Program-made: the position numbers and the translations under genes | Assembly (NCBI GenBank): GCA_964566495.1 | Contig: CAZMIT010000003.1 | Coordinates: 1 to 42,511, forward strand | DNA: 42,511 nucleotides | Reading direction: 5' to 3' | DNA from: an uncultured bacterium | Lineage (GTDB): Bacteria > T1Sed10-126 | Part shown: piece after piece, positions 36,333 through 42,511 of the stretch | How positions within the stretch are numbered: the stretch's first letter is position 1 | How the letters are laid out: each line of letters starts with the position of its first letter | Notes under the pieces: model-generated | What the model was told of the DNA's origin: nothing | The model's database searches: none | The model's input: the letters and a program-made list of their open reading frames with translations, nothing else

Positions 36333-37826
36333 TTGAAATTTGAAATCAATTTTAAAACACAAAACGGCACTGATTATCCCGGTGCCTGTGTGGTTTATTT
36401 TGTTGCCCGGGATGAGAACGAGTCCCCGGTAACCAATCATATCCCTGAGCTGCCCAAAGCACCATTGAATGACTTCAAAGCGAACGAGGGTGAAGCGCAA
36501 TTTTTTTACTCCGGTGATTTTGAAGCTGAACGACTCCTGCTCATCGGCCTGGGGGAGAAACAAGAGCTGGACTTTTTGGGAGCGCTGGAAGCAGCATCCA
36601 ACTCCATCTCTCCCCTAGAAGAACTGGAGTTAGAAAAAAGCGCCGTAGTCTTACCGGTTGAACTGTTTGAAAACAGTGAAAAATTAGCTGAAAAAATCTT
36701 TCTTGGTTATGCGCTAACCGGTTATGAGTTTGAACAGTTTAAAACCGAGGACGAGGATGAAAACGAGGAAGTCGAACTGGATGAAATTATTCTGCTGCTT
36801 GAAGACGCCCGTTCCCGCTCACCGGTTGAACGCGGGCTTAATAATGGCGAAAAAATAGCGCAGGCTGTCAGTCTCTGCCGGGACCTGGGCAATACACCTG
36901 CCAATCAGATGACACCGGGCGATCTTGAGACTCAAGCTACCAATATTGCCAATTGTTCTAACAACGTAAAATTGAACGTAATCAATGAAGAAAAATTAAA
37001 GGATAAGAACTTCAACCTTATCCGGGCGGTCGGACGTGGAAGCGAACACCCGCCGCGTTTGCTTGAACTGATTTATGAACCCGAGAAATACAAACAGACG
37101 GTAGTACTCGTCGGTAAAGGGGTAACCTTTGACACCGGAGGAATTTCCCTGAAACCAAGCAAGAAGATGGGAGAAATGAAATTCGACATGTGTGGTGCCG
37201 GGGTAGTTCTCGGCCTGCTTCAGGCAGTTGAGCAGCTCAAACTGCCACTGCGAGTTATCGGCTTGACCCCCTGTGTTGAAAATATGCCGGATAGCCGTTC
37301 GACCAGGCCCGGCGACGTTGTTGAAGGGTATCAGGGCAAGACAGTAGAAATTTTAAACACAGACGCTGAAGGGCGCTTAATACTTGCGGACACGCTCAGC
37401 TACGCCAGTGAAAGGTGGGGGGAGGAGACCGACTATCTGCTTGATTACGCCACTCTTACCGGCGCCAGTATCGTGGTTTTAGGTCACGCCGGCGCCTGTT
37501 TAATGGGCAACGACGACAATTTATGCGAATCACTGATAAAAACCGGAGAAGCCGTGGATGAACGTCTCTGGCGACTTCCGCTGTGGGAGGAGTATGAGGA
37601 AAAGATTGATAGCGAAACTGCCGACGTGAAGAATATTGGCGGACGCGCCGGCACAATTATTGCCGGCACTTTTCTGCGACAATTTATTGACGAGGAGAAG
37701 TTTGACTCCTGGGCTCATCTCGACATTGCTGCAACTGCTTGGGGGATGAAGGAAAAAAGCTTTCGTCCCGAGGGCGGGACAGGATTTGGTGTGCAGCTGA
37801 CACTGGAATTCCTGCGCAACCTCTGA
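36333..37826 (+). CDS. pepA: Leucyl aminopeptidase (M17)
   Basis: LVGKGVTFDTGGISLKP, MKFDMCG, NTDAEGRLILAD, ATLTGA, HLDIA. Confidence 0.96.
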   Translation: MKFEINFKTQNGTDYPGACVVYFVARDENESPVTNHIPELPKAPLNDFKANEGEAQFFYSGDFEAERLLLIGLGEKQELDFLGALEAASNSISPLEELELEKSAVVLPVELFENSEKLAEKIFLGYALTGYEFEQFKTEDEDENEEVELDEIILLLEDARSRSPVERGLNNGEKIAQAVSLCRDLGNTPANQMTPGDLETQATNIANCSNNVKLNVINEEKLKDKNFNLIRAVGRGSEHPPRLLELIYEPEKYKQTVVLVGKGVTFDTGGISLKPSKKMGEMKFDMCGAGVVLGLLQAVEQLKLPLRVIGLTPCVENMPDSRSTRPGDVVEGYQGKTVEILNTDAEGRLILADTLSYASERWGEETDYLLDYATLTGASIVVLGHAGACLMGNDDNLCESLIKTGEAVDERLWRLPLWEEYEEKIDSETADVKNIGGRAGTIIAGTFLRQFIDEEKFDSWAHLDIAATAWGMKEKSFRPEGGTGFGVQLTLEFLRNL

Positions 37827-37832
37827 CTTTTA

Positions 37833-39176
37833 TTATATATTTTCGCCTTTTATAGCATCTTTTTCCTTTTTTCGCTGGGCGTTAATCTGGTGATTAGCCC
37901 GCGAAATTCTTTCCAGCAGGCAATCCTCGTCTATTGTCCTTAAATTCCTATCCCGCATTATCTCCCGTCCCTCAATCCATACGTCGCGCACGTCACTGCC
38001 CCGGACCGAGTAAACTAGCTGTGAATAGAGGTTATAGAGAGGAAGAAGATGGGGTTGCTGTAAGTCAACGGTTATTAAATCCGCCTGTTTTCCCACCTCA
38101 ATAGATCCTATCTGATCTTCCAGATTAAGCGCCTGAGCTCCCTCAATAGTGAGCATGCGAATCAGTTTGCGGGCTGTCAAGCGCTCCGGGTCCTTATGAT
38201 GAACCTTTTGTAACTTGCCGGCCGTGTCCGCCTCGGCGAACAGATCCAGGTCATTGTTAGAAGCCGCCCCGTCCGTTCCCAGGCCAACGACTAAACCGTG
38301 TTTAATCATCTTCATTACCGGCGCCACACCGGCTCCAAGTTTCATATTGCTCTGCGGATTGTGACTGAGCTTAACTTCGTTTTGACGCAATAACTCAAGG
38401 TCAGGATCCTCGAGCCAAATCCCGTGAACAGCCAGCAAACGGGGGGATAAGAAACCAGCTTCTGCGAGCCACTCGGTCGGCGACATCCCATACTCTTCCT
38501 GGCACTCCTCGATTTCCCGCTTTATTTCCGCCAGGTGTATTGAGTAAGGAACATCCGTCCCCTCCACAATGGTTTCCTGAAACCATTCCAGTAGCTGCGG
38601 CGTCGTGGAATAGGGGGCGTGCAGAGCCGCTCCCGGGGTTATGTGATCGGGATGTGAATCAGCGAGAAACTCCATTATCTCATCTTTACGAGGGGTGTCC
38701 TCGTAAACGTCCATAATTGCATCGTAAAGTACAGCTCGAATGCCACTTTTCTGAGTGATAGGACTGTACAGGAACTGGTGGAAACTCATGTCCGCAATTG
38801 TTGTTACCCCCGCCTTCAAAGACTCTGTCAGAGAGAGCTCAACCCCCATTTTCTGAGTTTCCTCATCAAGATAGGACTGTCGGAACCGGTAGGTCTCCTC
38901 CAACCATTCCCGCAGCGACAGATCCTCGGCCAGCCCCCGGATTATAGACATCCGGCAGTGAATGTGAGTGTTAACAAGACCGGGCATAAGCAGTTTGCCA
39001 TCAAGATTTTCGCGGGGAAGACGGGGATATTTTTCCTGCAGGTCCTCAGTTGTTCCCAGGTCAGCTATTTCATCCCCGTCAATCATTAAAGCTCCGTCAC
39101 TTAAACGGTTATCCTCCTCGTCACAGGTCAGAAGAACTGCTCCGGTGAGTAAAAATTTATCTTCTCTGTCAGACAT
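37833..39176 (-). CDS. mtaD: Amidohydrolase, MTA/SAH deaminase-like
   Basis: PGLVNTHIH, HAPYS, IHLAE, SHNPQSNMKL, GTDGAASNNDLD. ATG at 39176 follows GGGAG. Confidence 0.8.
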   Translation of the reverse strand: MSDREDKFLLTGAVLLTCDEEDNRLSDGALMIDGDEIADLGTTEDLQEKYPRLPRENLDGKLLMPGLVNTHIHCRMSIIRGLAEDLSLREWLEETYRFRQSYLDEETQKMGVELSLTESLKAGVTTIADMSFHQFLYSPITQKSGIRAVLYDAIMDVYEDTPRKDEIMEFLADSHPDHITPGAALHAPYSTTPQLLEWFQETIVEGTDVPYSIHLAEIKREIEECQEEYGMSPTEWLAEAGFLSPRLLAVHGIWLEDPDLELLRQNEVKLSHNPQSNMKLGAGVAPVMKMIKHGLVVGLGTDGAASNNDLDLFAEADTAGKLQKVHHKDPERLTARKLIRMLTIEGAQALNLEDQIGSIEVGKQADLITVDLQQPHLLPLYNLYSQLVYSVRGSDVRDVWIEGREIMRDRNLRTIDEDCLLERISRANHQINAQRKKEKDAIKGENI

Positions 39177-39201
39177 TTTATCGCTCCCGGTTATTAGATT
39201 A

Positions 39202-40566
39202 TTAGAGGTTGAGAATTTGTTCTTCCGCCAATTCGTTCTGGCGTTCTGCAAGTTGAGGCAGGTCAAGCGGTAGGAATTCACCGTTTTCAACTATAATTTC
39301 GCCGTTAATAATTGAGTGGTCAACTTTTGGCGGATGACAGAAGACCAGCGCCGCCAGCGGGTCATGTTGAGCGCCGGCATAATCGATACTGTCCTTGCGT
39401 ATACCGATCAGGTCCGCTGCCATACCCGGCTCTATTTTAGCTATATCTTCGCGACCAATTGCTTGCGCACCTCCCACAGTGGCAGCCCGCAACACGTCAT
39501 TGGCAGTAATAGATTCTTCGTCGTAATTTATCCGTTGAAGGAGAAGTGCCTGGCGCGCTTCGGCAAACATGTGAGAGCTGTCGTTAGAAGCGCTGCCGTC
39601 GACCCCGAGGCTAACTTTAACGCCTGACTTCAACATGTCAACTACAGGCGCCATCCCCGACCCCAACCTCATGTTGGAACTCGGACAGTGGGTCATCGCA
39701 GCGCCGGCTTTGCCCATCCGCCGCACCTCATCTTCATTAAGATGAATAGAGTGCACATGAATTGTCTTCTCGTCCATCCAACCCAACGATTCAAGATAGT
39801 CGAAGGGCCGCATGCCCGTCTCTTCGATACAAAACTCCTCCTCGTCTACCGTTTCAGCGAGATGAGTATGAAAATAAACCTTTTCAAACTGCTCGCCCAG
39901 CTCTTTGCTTCTTTTCATTATGCTGTCGGTAACAGAAAAAGGCGAGCAGGGAGCAACAATAATCCTGGTCATTCCAAATTGTTCCGGTTCATGATACTGA
40001 TGAATTACATCCTCTGTATGCTTTAGGATAGTCTCCTCGTCTTGAACTACGCTGTCGGGAGGCAGGCCGCCGTCTTCCTTGGAAAGAGACATGCTCCCCC
40101 GCGTCGGGTGAAAGCGCAGACCGATGTCCTGCACGGCCTCTACCTCGGCCTCAAAGACTCCCTCTGGGTGAGACTCAGGGAAAACGTAGAAATGATCAAC
40201 AGCCGTTGTACAACCCGACATTATAAGCTCCGCAGCCGCTACCTGGGCGCTTACTCGCGCCATCTCCGGCGTCAGATACTTCCAGATCTCATAAAGATAG
40301 GTGAGCCAGTCGAATAGCTTAGCATCCTGAACTGCCGGGATATTTCGGTTTAAAGTCTGGTAAAAATGGTGATGAGTATTAACCAGTCCGGGCATAAAAA
40401 GGTGATTACTGCCGTCAACTGTTTCATCCGGTTCCCAGTCTTCTCCCGGTTCTTCTGCTATCTCTTCAATTTGATTGTCGACAATTCTCACATTGACGTC
40501 TTCCTGTAAGTCATCTCCCACTTCAGTAACCAACGTATCAATGTTTTCTATTACTATTTCTGACAA
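39202..40566 (-). CDS. 8-oxoguanine deaminase-like amidohydrolase
   Basis: NTHHHFYQTL.R, LFDWL..LY..W, RGSMSLS..DGGLPPDSVVQ, APCSPFSV, HTHLAE, HCPSSNMRLGSG, GVDGSASND. TTG at 40566 follows AGGGGAG. Confidence 0.87.
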   Translation of the reverse strand: MSEIVIENIDTLVTEVGDDLQEDVNVRIVDNQIEEIAEEPGEDWEPDETVDGSNHLFMPGLVNTHHHFYQTLNRNIPAVQDAKLFDWLTYLYEIWKYLTPEMARVSAQVAAAELIMSGCTTAVDHFYVFPESHPEGVFEAEVEAVQDIGLRFHPTRGSMSLSKEDGGLPPDSVVQDEETILKHTEDVIHQYHEPEQFGMTRIIVAPCSPFSVTDSIMKRSKELGEQFEKVYFHTHLAETVDEEEFCIEETGMRPFDYLESLGWMDEKTIHVHSIHLNEDEVRRMGKAGAAMTHCPSSNMRLGSGMAPVVDMLKSGVKVSLGVDGSASNDSSHMFAEARQALLLQRINYDEESITANDVLRAATVGGAQAIGREDIAKIEPGMAADLIGIRKDSIDYAGAQHDPLAALVFCHPPKVDHSIINGEIIVENGEFLPLDLPQLAERQNELAEEQILNL

Positions 40567-40690
40567 TTTTCTCACTCCCCTTATAATTTTAAAATTTTTG
40601 TCTTCTGGCACTCATACTACTCAAAGTTGAGTTCATATCATATCTATTATTCCTTAAAATTGCCACACCTTTCCGCCAATTTACAAAACC

Positions 40691-40756
40691 TACCGGAGCG
40701 TTCCAAAATCCCCCCCGGAGGGGGAAGGTTAGGATGGGCGGGGAGATGCTTCGGTA
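40691..40756. repeat. Intergenic palindromic module
   Basis: Imperfect IR TACCGGAGCGTTCC / GGAGATGCTTCGGTA enclosing CCCCCCCGGAGGGGGAAGGTTAGGATGGG, related to the C/G-rich modules at 18840 and 32368. Confidence 0.55.
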
Positions 40757-40820
40757 AATTCTGGCAAATTTTATAACCTTCTAAGAACCGTATGATCCCC
40801 CGAAGATGGGAAGAAGCTGT

Positions 40821-42026
40821 TCAACCTGTTTTGACGCGGCTTACGAGACGGCCGTCGTCGAGTCGTACACTTTTTGTGCCGGGATCAGCGACCAGCTCCT
40901 CGCCCTCAATTAAAAAGCCATAAAACAGCTCGCCCCGGGGGACGGGGACTTCTACCTCCCAAATCTCGGAATTACTTAATTCCAACGACGTTAACGGCTC
41001 CCAATTTACAAACTTTCCAGTCAATTCCACAGTGTTGACGCCGGAAAATTTCTCACCGTCCAGCGTAAACCTGTGGGTAACGGTTTCAGTGAACCGATTT
41101 CGTCCTTTCTGTTTCGAATAATACATTGCCCGATCGGCACACTCAAACAATTCTGAAACATCCTCGCCGTGTTCAGGGAAAGTTGCGCTTCCCACACTTA
41201 CCGTTATTTTCCCAGAAGGCTGCCTTTCTTCCCCTTCAAAACGTTGTTTTTCCACCTGTTTCCGCAAGCGCTCACCTGCTTTACGAGCAATCAGACTGTC
41301 AGAACGAGTCAGCGCCACTGCAAACTCTTCTCCTCCCACTCGAGCAGCAAGGTCACCCTCACGAAAGACGTTGTCAATTGTCTCACCCAACTCAGCAAGT
41401 AACCTGTCTCCGGCGGCGTGACCATGAGTATCATTAAACACTTTGAAATTATCAATGTCAAAAACCAGCATTGAAAGAGGCAGGTTGCGGGATCGATGAG
41501 CCTTTAACAACCTGTCAACTTCATTAAAAAAGTATTTTTTGGCCGCCAGTCCAGTCAAATCATCTTTTTCTGTCTCTGCTGTAACCTCCTCTGTCCGCTG
41601 GCGTAATTTTCGAGTAAGAGAACGATGAGTCTCCAATAAGAAATTCTGATTCTGAAAGTATTGACCCAGTCCGTGTATTTTTGCTTCCAACAGCCTGTAG
41701 TTTGGTGAAGGGCTGAAATAACCAAAACCGCCACCATTTACCCACTGCAGCGCTTCCGGGGGAGAAAGCTTGTTCCCAAACAAAATTACCTGGCTTAAAA
41801 CGCTCGAGTTCCGAACCTGACCAAGAAATTGCCGAGGGCTTTCAACAAGAGAGTCTTCAACCAACAGCAGGTGAATATCCATCTGTTCCAGTTTCTCCCA
41901 GAGATCACTAAGTTCGCTCACCTCCACCATCTGGAAGGTATGTTTGTCCAGGATATCCCGGACTTGCTTTTTCAGCGCCGGATCGCGAAGATAAAGACAA
42001 CTTCTTAACTGTGTGGAGTCTCCCAC
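40821..42026 (-). CDS. Diguanylate cyclase: degenerate receiver - GGDEF - CBM48/AMPK-beta-like glycogen-binding domain
   Basis: DDLTGL, DIDNFKVFNDTHGH, REGD I-site, GGEEF; C-terminal VELTGKFVNW...WEVEVPVPRGELFYGFLIEGE..ADP. Confidence 0.88.
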   Translation of the reverse strand: MGDSTQLRSCLYLRDPALKKQVRDILDKHTFQMVEVSELSDLWEKLEQMDIHLLLVEDSLVESPRQFLGQVRNSSVLSQVILFGNKLSPPEALQWVNGGGFGYFSPSPNYRLLEAKIHGLGQYFQNQNFLLETHRSLTRKLRQRTEEVTAETEKDDLTGLAAKKYFFNEVDRLLKAHRSRNLPLSMLVFDIDNFKVFNDTHGHAAGDRLLAELGETIDNVFREGDLAARVGGEEFAVALTRSDSLIARKAGERLRKQVEKQRFEGEERQPSGKITVSVGSATFPEHGEDVSELFECADRAMYYSKQKGRNRFTETVTHRFTLDGEKFSGVNTVELTGKFVNWEPLTSLELSNSEIWEVEVPVPRGELFYGFLIEGEELVADPGTKSVRLDDGRLVSRVKTG

Positions 42027-42051
42027 CGTATTTTTCCTTTCCCAGAAAAAG

Positions 42052-42398
42052 GTAATTATTTAGCGCCTTCACTGTCATTCTCGGAACGAATGATGTCCCG
42101 GTAACGGCGACCGTGAGGTCTTGACCGTCATTCCCGTGAAAACGGGAACCCAGCGGCTCTGAATTTACGATGATCTAAAATCAAGACCAACGTCAAAGTC
42201 CCTGGATTGTCCGGTCAAGCCCTGGGACGTTATTCGTTCCTTGGGACGTTATTCGTTCCGGACAATGACGACCGGAATCCATCTTGAACTTCAAACGGTT
42301 ATCGTTCAAAACCATCCCCCCTTTCCTTTTCTCCCCTTGAAGGGGGGAAAGACAAAGGGGGGTGAAAAATTGGATTGCGGATCAGGGTCCGCAATGAC
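42052..42398. repeat. Compound repeat: direct copy of 32607-32780 joined to an inverted copy of about 1907-2031
   Basis: Direct sequence comparison; carries a 2x19-bp tandem insert at 42222-42259. Confidence 0.9.
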
Positions 42399-42434
42399 GA
42401 ACTTTGGCTCAAGACATCAATGACGCTGGGACGC

Positions 42435-42510
42435 TAACCCGGTCTATGCATGAACCCCCTATGCATAGGCCGCCCGAAGGGCCGCCCATTCGTCAAATGG
42501 GCGGGGTTAA
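42435..42510. repeat. Multi-hairpin palindromic element at the window edge
   Basis: TAACCC closes with GGGTTA; internal stems GTCTATGCAT/ATGCATAGGC, GCCC-GAA-GGGC and CGCCCATT/AATGGGCG. Confidence 0.6.
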
Positions 42511-42511
42511 C

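Noticed and set aside
40570..40700. Purine riboswitch upstream of the deaminases
   Set aside because: The conserved core (UUUCUAC, AUAUGG and CCGUAAA loops) is absent.
42222..42259. CRISPR array
   Set aside because: Two abutting 19-bp units with no spacer and no cas genes; no repeat-spacer array was seen anywhere in the window.

Overview
Chromosomal window from a diderm bacterium, probably anaerobic, with many strongly acidic proteins. The diderm call rests on ADP-heptose genes and an outer-membrane beta-barrel; the anaerobe call rests on [FeFe]-hydrogenases. It holds about 35 CDS and two tRNAs (Pro-GGG, Asn-GTT, neither with an encoded CCA). Main blocks: (1) a truncated multi-PAS membrane sensor divergent from a receiver / HEAT-repeat / processive GT2 operon that converges on a TPR + YaiO-like beta-barrel; (2) ppx, an OFA-family MFS transporter and a PAS-GGDEF cyclase; (3) a TPR-murG-(DEDDh+WYL)-DUF4336 operon; (4) NUDIX-manC and gpsA-HU/IHF-MerR-tRNA-Pro; (5) an hfs-like sensory plus catalytic [FeFe]-hydrogenase operon; (6) gmhB, DUF4254, hldD, mfd; (7) XdhC, MBL hydrolase, WecE-like aminotransferase, GGCT, pepA and two purine-type amidohydrolases; (8) a pseudo-receiver-GGDEF cyclase with a C-terminal CBM48-like domain. 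The intergenic DNA carries modular palindromic repeats but no transposase. The most unusual signals are a self-nested three-way-junction element at 6384-6667, a 19-bp mini-hairpin inserted at the same site in two REP-like stems, and the cyclase fused to a glycogen-binding-like domain. All calls come from motif reading by eye; no database searches were run.
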